From a virus (lineage: Duplodnaviria; Heunggongvirae; Uroviricota; Caudoviricetes): a stretch of DNA of 64,000 nt. Each line of letters opens with the position of its first letter. Position 1 is the first letter of the stretch. The stretch lies in the IMG/VR virus record IMGVR_UViG_3300035701_000012; one strand, given 5' to 3'. The position numbers and the translations under genes were made by a program. The notes below the pieces were generated by a model. That model saw nothing but the letters and a program-made list of their open reading frames with translations. It had not been told where the DNA came from and did no database searches. Below are positions 55,949 to 64,000 of the stretch, one piece after another.

Positions 55949-57277
55949 TCAACCCGTCTCTTCCAAGTGTTCACTAAGTGGTGGATACGGAAAAAATATG
56001 GTTTCTTCTTTCAGAATTCCATCCACCATATACCATTCTCTTTCTCCGTTTGCTTTTGTCCGCATACCTCTGATAGTATCAGAAACATCTCTCGTAAAAC
56101 TTGGGTGAAAATCCGCTTTTTGGTAAGCCTTCAGGATGCACACCAATGACTGTGTATCAATATTATTGGCACAAAAAGTATATCTCGATTGCGTTAACAC
56201 CCAATTTGGCAACATATCCGCCCTTTGGGCAGCAAACAAAATATAAATTCCCAATATTCTCCATTGGTTCACTGCTCTCATTAGTTCTTCTTTGGTAGTT
56301 TCCATTCTCAAAAACACAGGAGCTTCATCTATCACTAACAACATTCTTCTTTTTTTGTCAAGATATTTTTCTTTTGCATTTCTGATGATTCTTTGACAAA
56401 CAGAAAAGAAAACTAAAGGAGTAGTAACGAATTCTCCTTTTGCTATATCTTCAAAGTGCTGATGATTGAAAACTACAACATAATCATCTTTCAAAGCCTG
56501 AACAATATCGCCAAGACCTTCTTTACTGCAAATCTTGTATCTAATCAACCCTTCTATCCTGCGAGATATTTTTTCCTTCATAGATTTTGAAACTTTTTCA
56601 TCTTCTTTGATTTTTTGTCTCAATTCTTCAAGAGAATCAACATAATTATAGTAAAGCGATACAATATTCGCATGGTCAACTGTTTGTGGTGTCGTAAAAT
56701 TAAGAAGTGAAAGAAGGTCATTGAGAGAAAGGTCTGAATATTTCAACTGAAATGGTTCATTGTCTTCCGGCAATTCTTCATCAAAATAAGCGGTATAAAA
56801 TGTTGGTCTGTATACTTTCATTTTCATAGGCATAGGCATATCTTCTTTTGCGAGAAGTGGAATGAATCTCCTTTGGCTTTCCATTGATGACCTCATTTCA
56901 TTTTTTACATCAGTCAAAAAGACAATATAAAACTTTGCGCCATTAGCCATATCGCATAATCGTCTCAATATAAAAGTTTTTCCAGAACCCGATTGACCAA
57001 CTACTAACATCCGGATAACCCTTTTCATATCGAGCCATAATTCTTCTCTCATTCTTTGCCTTTCTCTGAAATTGAATTTCTCAGTATAGCCGAAATGAAA
57101 ATACGATTTAGAGAATGCCATTTCTTTTTTCAAAGGATATTGTCTCACGACCATGAAGTTTCTGCCTTCACTCACATTCTTGAATGATTCAAAACTGCGT
57201 AGACCTCTGAATTGCGGAGATTGATACTGCTGATTAGTAAAAGGAAATTCTAACATACCACTATCAAATAATGTCAT
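55949..57277 (-). CDS. FtsK/HerA-superfamily P-loop ATPase (putative DNA translocase or packaging/secretion ATPase)
   Basis: Walker A VVGQSGSGKT; Walker B MLLVIDEAPVF; downstream LFAAQRADM resembling the (T)QR(P) sensor/arginine-finger box. Confidence 0.65.
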   Translation of the reverse strand: MTLFDSGMLEFPFTNQQYQSPQFRGLRSFESFKNVSEGRNFMVVRQYPLKKEMAFSKSYFHFGYTEKFNFRERQRMREELWLDMKRVIRMLVVGQSGSGKTFILRRLCDMANGAKFYIVFLTDVKNEMRSSMESQRRFIPLLAKEDMPMPMKMKVYRPTFYTAYFDEELPEDNEPFQLKYSDLSLNDLLSLLNFTTPQTVDHANIVSLYYNYVDSLEELRQKIKEDEKVSKSMKEKISRRIEGLIRYKICSKEGLGDIVQALKDDYVVVFNHQHFEDIAKGEFVTTPLVFFSVCQRIIRNAKEKYLDKKRRMLLVIDEAPVFLRMETTKEELMRAVNQWRILGIYILFAAQRADMLPNWVLTQSRYTFCANNIDTQSLVCILKAYQKADFHPSFTRDVSDTIRGMRTKANGEREWYMVDGILKEETIFFPYPPLSEHLEETG

Positions 57278-57379
57278 GCGGTCTCACCATTCTATTTTTT
57301 CTTTTGAACTGTCACCAGAACCTTCTCGCCAAATTTGAAGAATTCAGTTGGCACAGGCACGGATATTCTCAAAGCATCT

Positions 57380-57580
57380 TCATGATTTCGCCAATGGAAC
57401 TGAACTTTTGCCTTTCTGGTGTATTTCAATTTTTTCTTTTCCATAGTTTATCCTCCATCTTTTTGGGCTTTTTACAGCCCGATTTTTGCAGGTTGGACAT
57501 CTCATTGTGAATTCTTCGGGAGCATAAAATACTTGGTCACATTTTCTGCAATAATATTTTTTATACTCAATTTTCATCAT
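57380..57580 (-). CDS. zinc-ribbon micro-protein
   Basis: CRKCDQ...CPTCKN. Confidence 0.45.
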   Translation of the reverse strand: MMKIEYKKYYCRKCDQVFYAPEEFTMRCPTCKNRAVKSPKRWRINYGKEKIEIHQKGKSSVPLAKS

Positions 57581-57589
57581 TTATTCGCC

Positions 57590-58063
57590 TCAAGGCATGA
57601 TTCCTAAAAGCATCAAAATTATTCCGATTATGAAAATCACAACAAGTATGATTACAAATATCATAGCAGTTCTTTCAAACTTTTCTCTCCATGACCAAAT
57701 AGCAATTGCAATAATCGGTATAAAAATGAGCCAACCTGTCCACGAAGGGCAAGTAGCTGAATGATTAAACATATTCACAAAAATACACACAACCCATGAA
57801 AATGGAGTAATTATCCAGCTTGTCAAAATCCAAATTCCTGACAACATATTTTGCAAAAATGCAATTCCGGGAAACGACCAAAGCCACTTTCCTATATCTA
57901 TTTTCTTACCTGAATCGTCTATTATAGTTTTATTCAAATTTGCGTGTATTGTGCTATTATCTGATATTTGAGATGATGGTTGGGTGTAACCTGCCAAAAT
58001 GCTTCCTCCGGCTACAGATGCAATAACAATCAATCCTATCAAAATCAATAATTGCCATACCAT
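57590..58063 (-). CDS. polytopic membrane protein
   Basis: 4 TM helices. Confidence 0.5.
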   Translation of the reverse strand: MVWQLLILIGLIVIASVAGGSILAGYTQPSSQISDNSTIHANLNKTIIDDSGKKIDIGKWLWSFPGIAFLQNMLSGIWILTSWIITPFSWVVCIFVNMFNHSATCPSWTGWLIFIPIIAIAIWSWREKFERTAMIFVIILVVIFIIGIILMLLGIMP

Positions 58064-58657
58064 TTAATCGCCTTTTTTATCTTCTTCATCCTGATATTCC
58101 TTGCCAACATTTACAACTACTCGTTCTTTTTCTTGTTCAGTAGGCATAATATTCCTAAATGGAATCAATGGATGCGGAACTGGCGAACCGCCACCTGTCA
58201 TTTCGGTCTCCAAACCGAAAAAGGGATTTGCTTCGTCTTCATGAGAAGCTACTTCTCGAACTTTAGCTACTGAAAATCCATTAGAAGTTTTTTTCAAAAC
58301 GATACATCCTTTCTGAGCAGTTCTTCCTGAACCACGCATTACCCACCCACCAAAATATCGTTCTGTGCCATAGAATCTCTCAACGAAATAAATAAATCGT
58401 TCTTCTAATTTTTCACTAAATCTTTGAAGCCACCATGCCATTGCAAAATTAATAGCTTTTTGCATTGGTTCTTCTTCAGTTCCTTTCCACATTAGAAGCA
58501 AAACAATTATAGAAACAATAGCCATTACAATTAATGCAGCAACCAAAGTGTCGCCTGATACTTGAATATTAGCTGCAAACATAATAAAAATTATGAAAAA
58601 GACTACAGCCAAAATAATCAGCAGGGCTATAATAGGTTTATTTTTACCCACTATCAA
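58064..58657 (-). CDS. membrane protein (N-terminal TM pair) with cytoplasmic domain
   Basis: hydrophobic N-terminus; ATGA-type overlap with the upstream gene. Confidence 0.5.
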   Translation of the reverse strand: MIVGKNKPIIALLIILAVVFFIIFIMFAANIQVSGDTLVAALIVMAIVSIIVLLLMWKGTEEEPMQKAINFAMAWWLQRFSEKLEERFIYFVERFYGTERYFGGWVMRGSGRTAQKGCIVLKKTSNGFSVAKVREVASHEDEANPFFGLETEMTGGGSPVPHPLIPFRNIMPTEQEKERVVVNVGKEYQDEEDKKGD

Positions 58658-59394
58658 TCACCTGCTCGTTGTATCTTTAAGTTTATTCTTTCAAAAATAT
58701 TTTTGTCAATATCATGCTCCCAAATTCTGACAATATTGTATCCCATTTCTTGTAATTTAGTATTTATTTTGTCATCTTTCAGACGTTTTTTCAAATTATA
58801 TGTTTTAGGATGATGAATAGGACAAGAATGCCAATAACATCCGTCAACAAATATACAGATATTAGGCTTAATAAAAATATCTGGTTGACCGATAATTGAT
58901 TTATGTGTTTCAAAAATTATATTGTTTATTCTGAGAACATCTTGGATTATTTTTTCAGGTTTTGTATCTTTATATGGAATATGTGCTTTCAAACGCATTT
59001 CTCTCATTTTTTCTTTACGGAACGGTTCATCTTCAAACATTTTCTTTCTTTTTTCTTTCATTATTTTTTTTGTTTCTTTTGAATGATGTTTACCATAAAA
59101 ATGATTTTGCTCTTTAAAAAACCTAATTCCATACATAGAATTATTTTTTCCTTTCTGCCATTCTGGATGATTTTTACAATATTCTAATCTCTTTTTACTC
59201 ATCTTTTCTAAAGTTTTTTGTGAAAATTTTCTATTTATAAGTTTCAATTTACATTTTTCTATTGATTCTGGTCTATGTTTTTTTCTATACATCGGATGAT
59301 TTTCTTTATTTTTATAAAACTTTATTCGTGCCTTTTTCATTTCTTTGGCTTTTTTTTCACCATATCTCTCTTCCCAAGTTTTGCCTTTTTTCAT
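58654..59394 (-). CDS. Vsr/DUF559-like endonuclease domain fused to a Lys-rich N-terminal region
   Basis: C-terminal ...FVDGCYWHSCP...GYNIVRIWEHDI resembles the Vsr very-short-patch-repair endonuclease core (FVDGCFWH...LRxWE); N-terminal 130 aa about 35% K/R. Confidence 0.5.
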   Translation of the reverse strand: MKKGKTWEERYGEKKAKEMKKARIKFYKNKENHPMYRKKHRPESIEKCKLKLINRKFSQKTLEKMSKKRLEYCKNHPEWQKGKNNSMYGIRFFKEQNHFYGKHHSKETKKIMKEKRKKMFEDEPFRKEKMREMRLKAHIPYKDTKPEKIIQDVLRINNIIFETHKSIIGQPDIFIKPNICIFVDGCYWHSCPIHHPKTYNLKKRLKDDKINTKLQEMGYNIVRIWEHDIDKNIFERINLKIQRAGD

Positions 59395-59397
59395 ACA

Positions 59398-59628
59398 TCA
59401 CACCAACTTTGCTGAACAATCAAAAATCGTGCTGATATATGGAGCAAGTATCAATGTAAGAACAAAAAAAATCATCGACACTCCAAAGACTGCAAGAACT
59501 TGTCCATTCCAGCCACTTTTTCTTCCTACCATAAGACCAATCAAAGCCCCAACACTGGTCATGAGACCTATGGATGCTGATGAAAAAGTTATTCCTGAAC
59601 TTAAAGCACACATCACCATTTTTTTCAC
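59398..59628 (-). CDS. small two-TM membrane protein
   Basis: hydrophobic helices. Confidence 0.4.
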   Translation of the reverse strand: MKKMVMCALSSGITFSSASIGLMTSVGALIGLMVGRKSGWNGQVLAVFGVSMIFFVLTLILAPYISTIFDCSAKLV

Positions 59629-59939
59629 CCGGTCTCATAACAACTATAAATTATTTGTTTGTTTTCCGCAAATATTATTTTAAAACCATGAACATTTTTT
59701 GAATCTCTTGAATATTCACCAAAATTTCTCAATCCATGAACACATTCTTCGTTGCAAAAATTCATGTCAAGCCAATCTGCTACTGTATCAAAATCTCCGC
59801 TATTGAGTGCTTCAACTATCTCTTTCGGAAGCACAATATCTTCTGAATACCAACTCAAAAGCTTCCTTCCTGTTTTTTCTTCTTCATCTATATTTTTCGT
59901 GAGATGTTGGACAGTTACTATCGTAGACATTTTATTCAT
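59625..59939 (-). CDS. hypothetical protein
   Basis: ORF with ATGA overlap. Confidence 0.4.
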   Translation of the reverse strand: MNKMSTIVTVQHLTKNIDEEEKTGRKLLSWYSEDIVLPKEIVEALNSGDFDTVADWLDMNFCNEECVHGLRNFGEYSRDSKNVHGFKIIFAENKQIIYSCYETG

Positions 59940-60660
59940 CTTCTTTATCTTCCAATTCTTTCTTCAATCTTTGTAATTTATCCAAAGATTCCTGCGTGGA
60001 GGATTGACCACGATTTTCAATTTCATGATTCTTTGGCAATGTTCTTTTCAGCTCATTGATATGTTTTCTTTCATCATCTAATTGTTCTCTCAATTTCTTT
60101 ATCGTCTCATCTGTCTGCTCTCTTGTGATTCTTATATGATTTTCAAACATTTCTCCTTGCTTTTTGAGAAGATTCTCCCGGTTCTCTTTTTCCAAATCTG
60201 ACTTTATTTTATCGTGCTGAACTCCTTTATATTCAGTAATCATATTGACTAATTTCTCCCATGCTTCATAAATAATATCCAGTGAGATATTCAACCAAGT
60301 TATGATAGAAATCAGGTTCTTGATACTATCTTCTGATAGCTTTACAGCATCAGTATATGGATTTCTCGGAACTTTTCCCTGCTCTGCATTGATAACTTTA
60401 TTGTTTTTGGCATCTATCTTCTGTATTGCCTGAAATCTGAACTCTGAAACGAACTGGTCAACATTAGAGACCAAACTGTCCATCTCTCTTATAAAATCCT
60501 CATAAGTAGCCATGTTAAGTTTTGAATATCTTTCCATGATTATTTTCTTTTTTGTCATGATGTCCTTAATTTGGACAGTAAGATTAGCCTGTTCCTGCTG
60601 AGACATCTTGCTTATTTCAACCGATGTTAATCCAACTTCATCGCCTTCAATTGTCATCAT
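59932..60660 (-). CDS. coiled-coil protein
   Basis: E/K/Q-rich heptad pattern through most of the length. Confidence 0.5.
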   Translation of the reverse strand: MMTIEGDEVGLTSVEISKMSQQEQANLTVQIKDIMTKKKIIMERYSKLNMATYEDFIREMDSLVSNVDQFVSEFRFQAIQKIDAKNNKVINAEQGKVPRNPYTDAVKLSEDSIKNLISIITWLNISLDIIYEAWEKLVNMITEYKGVQHDKIKSDLEKENRENLLKKQGEMFENHIRITREQTDETIKKLREQLDDERKHINELKRTLPKNHEIENRGQSSTQESLDKLQRLKKELEDKEDE

Positions 60661-60665
60661 ATCAC

Positions 60666-60917
60666 CTACAAACTATTATTTTGTGAAATAGTTTCTTCTT
60701 CTTTCACAATTATCACTTTTAATTTATCTCCATCTTTGAAAGTTTTCTTCAATATTTCAAGCTCTTCTTTTTTCAAACAATCATCTCTTATAATAAAATC
60801 ATATAAAAAACGTGCAAACTTTCTACGGTATATCGCTGGAGCAAATCTTCCACTCTTGAAAAATCCGCTTATTTCTAAAATCGTTTTCTGCATTGCTGAC
60901 AACCTCCGTATATACAT
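60666..60917 (-). CDS. hypothetical protein
   Basis: ORF. Confidence 0.4.
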   Translation of the reverse strand: MYIRRLSAMQKTILEISGFFKSGRFAPAIYRRKFARFLYDFIIRDDCLKKEELEILKKTFKDGDKLKVIIVKEEETISQNNSL

Positions 60918-60926
60918 TGTATATAC

Positions 60927-61076
60927 TTAACAAGTCTTTTTCTTTTTCTTTTCCATTTTATTCACCTCTAACGATGTTTTCAAAGCAGGGAGGCAGTCCT
61001 TACAAACACCAGCTTTGCGACCCACGAAAGCCATGTCATCCAATTTTTTCTTAGTGCCACAAAACACACACTTCAT
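60927..61076 (-). CDS. 49-aa zinc-ribbon micro-protein (not in ORF track)
   Basis: MKCVFCGTKKK...VCKDC...; ATG overlaps the upstream stop. Confidence 0.35.
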   Translation of the reverse strand: MKCVFCGTKKKLDDMAFVGRKAGVCKDCLPALKTSLEVNKMEKKKKKTC

Positions 61077-61531
61077 AATAATCGTCTCCTTGCTCCCATC
61101 GGAATTCCTTCGGGTTGTGTGGCTCTCTTCAATTTTTCGACTTTCTCAAGCTCTCGATTTATTGTTTGCTCGGCTGTCTGAGAAACCTGCCATGCTTCTA
61201 CTTCTTTACCGGCAATCGCTGCTTCTTCACTCTCCTTGCTTCTGCTCAATGCTTCGTGTAAAGCTCCAATAGAAATATTTATTGCTTCCAAGACAGGCGA
61301 TTCACCACTCCTATCAGAGAGAATTATTTTCAAAAGATTCCTTCCTAATCCGGGACATTTCGATGAATCTATAGTCAACACCGAAGATTCCGGGATGTCA
61401 GAAAGCAATTCCTTCCCAAATATACCTTTTCTTACCCATATATTACGTCTGTGTGGTTTGTTGGAAGGTAAATCTTCAAGAAGCGAATAACATAAACCAT
61501 TATTAAAATTCCAAAGGACTACATCGACCAT
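61073..61531 (-). CDS. hypothetical protein
   Basis: ORF. Confidence 0.45.
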   Translation of the reverse strand: MVDVVLWNFNNGLCYSLLEDLPSNKPHRRNIWVRKGIFGKELLSDIPESSVLTIDSSKCPGLGRNLLKIILSDRSGESPVLEAINISIGALHEALSRSKESEEAAIAGKEVEAWQVSQTAEQTINRELEKVEKLKRATQPEGIPMGARRRLL

Positions 61532-61533
61532 GC

Positions 61534-61809
61534 TTAACGACCTCCATCTTTTCTATTGATTTTTATTATAGCTTCATCCGTTCTCGATATAAAATATAAT
61601 TCAAAATATGATGGTGTTTTTTTCAACGATTTCAGTAAATTACACACAGTTATTGTTTGAATCTTCTTGCCTGTCACCTTTCTTATCATCTCTACTGCAC
61701 GAACAGTATCAATATTATATGGAAGCAGAGCATAGACTCCCATTTTTCCTTCTTCCAAATCTTTCCGTATTTGATTTTCAACATATTTCATTATCATTAA
61801 TTTCACCAA
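61534..61809 (-). CDS. hypothetical protein
   Basis: ORF. Confidence 0.4.
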   Translation of the reverse strand: MVKLMIMKYVENQIRKDLEEGKMGVYALLPYNIDTVRAVEMIRKVTGKKIQTITVCNLLKSLKKTPSYFELYFISRTDEAIIKINRKDGGR

Positions 61810-61926
61810 TTTTTACAAATTTTATTTTGAATCCATTCAAATAAGCTCTATCTAAAATGGCTCTTGCCATAAAAGTCATTCCATGCTGTCGTGCCGTGAT
61901 AATTTTTATTTTCATATTTTCACCTT

Positions 61927-63639
61927 TCAATGACGATGCCAGAACCTCCAAATAAACCAATAAAATAAAATTATTATTGTTCCAGCGATTACCAATATCA
62001 ATAATCCGTTTCTCCAAGCCTCGGCTGCATCTCTTTGCATAGCAATTGTCGTGGCATTACGTTCATATCCTTCTTTCAAATTTTGATACGCTGTAACTGA
62101 TGTTATCACAGGGAGATTATCACTACCTATATCAATTGGATATGAGATTGTGCAATCATAGGTAGAATTATCAAAATAGCCGATGTCATTCGGATTGCAA
62201 TACATATATTTTGTTATGACTGCTCCGTTAGAAATCACAGGGATTCCAACATATTGTGATGGTGTCACAGTATATTCTCCGAAGCTTCCACGAAACTTTA
62301 TCATAGGTGCCGGATTATCAGTATCAGCAGCAGTTTCGGTATCTATGACTCCGTTATAAGTAACATAATAATCGTATGGAATCGTAGCGTTTTCATATCC
62401 GATTTCTTCTACTTTGATGAACAAAACCATCGGGTCAGCGAAGACGAGTGTTGAATTTTCTTTGAGAAGTTTGTCATTGACATAAATATTTACTGTGATG
62501 TTAGGATTGCTGACATCTATCATTCTCAATTTAAATTCATAATAAGTTCCTGATTGCTGAATCTCACCGAGCTTCAGGAAACGAGTTTGCAAGTATTTGA
62601 CCTTCCCAAATGCAACTGTGTCCAGAACAAAAATAGCCTGTTTTTTCTTTACTTCAAACAGACCTGTTTGTGTGGCAACATTGATACCATCTGAAACAAA
62701 AAGCGTGTAATTGACAATTTCAGGAGCATTAGTCTTGTTCCACACGAATTTGTAAGAAGTTTGATTTACTACTGTAAAATTATAAACATCACCCTTGATT
62801 GCTATTCCAACCCATTCAATTGCTCTGTCATCATGAGCAGTCAGATAAAACAAAACTGCTTCGCCCATCTTGACTTCTGTCTGTGCTAATTCCACGCTGT
62901 CTATAACAGGCAATCTATCATCTGTCACATTGAAATTTAAAAGAGATGATTTAACATTTCCAGATGTATCAACTATAGAAATATTTATAGGATAAACTGC
63001 CGGAATCAAAGTTTGATTGATATAGTAATACACAGGTCTTGCTAATTGACTGAATGGAAGAAGCCTGAACGCTGATGTATCGAACCATACCAAATTGTTT
63101 GAATTTATTAAATTCGTGGTGAATGTTACATCAACATTTCCATTGTTGGTTACTGTTAAGTCATATATCTTTCCCCAATCTCCACGTTTGACCTGAATCG
63201 TTGTGTTTGTTGGACTTATTGCCCAAACAGTTGATTCTAAAACATTTATCTGAATATCTAATTGTTCTATATCAGTCAAAGAAAGGAACATAATTCTTTC
63301 TGAATAATTTCCTGACTGTGTGAGTAAAGGAACCGTGACATCCGCAAAAAGTTGATGGCAAGTATTCTCGGTGAGATTTGTAATAGAACTTTCCGAAAAA
63401 GCGATATTCCAAACTCCGAAATGGAAGAGCTTGACAAGAGAAATATTTTCACCGATTGCACATACCGAGAAATTTATGTTTATAGTTCTGTTTGTAGTGA
63501 TATCTCTCGAAATCGTATTAATATTATTTCCCAAATTATCCTGAATTCTTACCGAAGCGTGACTAATTCCGATTCCGAGCAACAATGCCAAACACATTAA
63601 CATCGTTATATTTTTTATTTTCATTTGAGACCCTTCCAA
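61927..63639 (-). CDS. surface glycoprotein (570 aa): signal peptide, NxS/T-rich ectodomain, C-terminal TM anchor
   Basis: MKIKNITMLMCLALLLGIGISHA; C-terminal LLILVIAGTIIILFYWFIWRFWHRH. Confidence 0.7.
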   Translation of the reverse strand: MEGSQMKIKNITMLMCLALLLGIGISHASVRIQDNLGNNINTISRDITTNRTININFSVCAIGENISLVKLFHFGVWNIAFSESSITNLTENTCHQLFADVTVPLLTQSGNYSERIMFLSLTDIEQLDIQINVLESTVWAISPTNTTIQVKRGDWGKIYDLTVTNNGNVDVTFTTNLINSNNLVWFDTSAFRLLPFSQLARPVYYYINQTLIPAVYPINISIVDTSGNVKSSLLNFNVTDDRLPVIDSVELAQTEVKMGEAVLFYLTAHDDRAIEWVGIAIKGDVYNFTVVNQTSYKFVWNKTNAPEIVNYTLFVSDGINVATQTGLFEVKKKQAIFVLDTVAFGKVKYLQTRFLKLGEIQQSGTYYEFKLRMIDVSNPNITVNIYVNDKLLKENSTLVFADPMVLFIKVEEIGYENATIPYDYYVTYNGVIDTETAADTDNPAPMIKFRGSFGEYTVTPSQYVGIPVISNGAVITKYMYCNPNDIGYFDNSTYDCTISYPIDIGSDNLPVITSVTAYQNLKEGYERNATTIAMQRDAAEAWRNGLLILVIAGTIIILFYWFIWRFWHRH

Positions 63640-63803
63640 GCGATAAAGAAGAAAAATAAAATTATCACAACTACTCCAATCATCACACCAATCTGACCTA
63701 AGAATCCCTGCATTGCACTCATCACAAAGAGAAGCATAACTGCAATGAATACGAAAAGAATGACCAATACAGCGATTAGTTTTATTATCAACCTGTCCAT
63801 CAT
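63621..63803 (-). CDS. small two-TM membrane protein
   Basis: hydrophobic helices. Confidence 0.4.
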   Translation of the reverse strand: MMDRLIIKLIAVLVILFVFIAVMLLFVMSAMQGFLGQIGVMIGVVVIILFFFFIAWKGLK

Positions 63804-63826
63804 GACACCTCTTTCTTTTTTTTGTT

Positions 63827-64000
63827 CAAATCAGCATCAATCAAATCCATAATATATTGCCGCAGTGCATCGTTCTGGATTGAACCGAGCTTTTTCATGA
63901 TTTTGTCACCACGTTCATCATCAAAGCTTATGGTTATAGCCAAAGTCATGCCGACCAACTCATTACTGTTAATATTAACGTTAATGTTACTGCTAATAGA
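63827..64000 (-). CDS. 3' end of a - strand CDS continuing beyond the window
   Basis: open - strand frame running to the window edge with stop (tca on +) at 63827. Confidence 0.35.

Overview
Low-GC (~one-third G+C) window that reads as an archaeal virus, provirus or integrative element; I cannot name a host lineage from sequence alone. Archaeal indicators: (1) an intron-containing tRNA-Ala(UGC) with a 16-nt intron at the canonical 37/38 position, a G3:U70 pair and A73; (2) BRE/TATA-like promoter boxes; (3) gene junctions built on the anti-16S motif GGTGAT(TGA); (4) a tyrosine recombinase with the R...HxxR...Y catalytic signature; (5) giant signal-peptide and C-terminal-TM anchored proteins saturated with N-x-S/T sequons. 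Layout: 1-38079 is an almost uninterrupted + strand block of about 110 small genes. Many are 30-100 aa CxxC zinc ribbons or C2H2 fingers, often with overlapping stop/start codons. Interspersed in this block are a metallophosphoesterase, an integrase, a ParB-like nuclease-domain protein, three HNH endonucleases, a SAM methyltransferase, an RNA-ligase-like nucleotidyltransferase, a transglutaminase-like protease domain, an SPFH/band-7 protein and a cluster of Cys-rich secreted proteins. The - strand block 38080-64000 carries a SpeH-like AdoMet decarboxylase, two giant surface glycoproteins (1768 and 2734 aa), a CPBP-family intramembrane protease, a FtsK/HerA-type ATPase, a Vsr/DUF559-like endonuclease, and membrane and secreted proteins. 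Main hunt result: a ~5 kb region (11.3-16.1 kb) containing about 22 degenerate copies of a ~30-35 bp BRE/TATA-like box. The copies are separated by G+T-rich GGTT(Y)GG spacers, interleaved with six genes, and include a long orphan stretch with no ORF. A tRNA 3'-half fragment lies in this region, and a perfect 28-bp palindrome plus a half-site copy flank the integrase. This array is not a CRISPR. No terminase, portal or HK97-type capsid gene is recognisable in this window.
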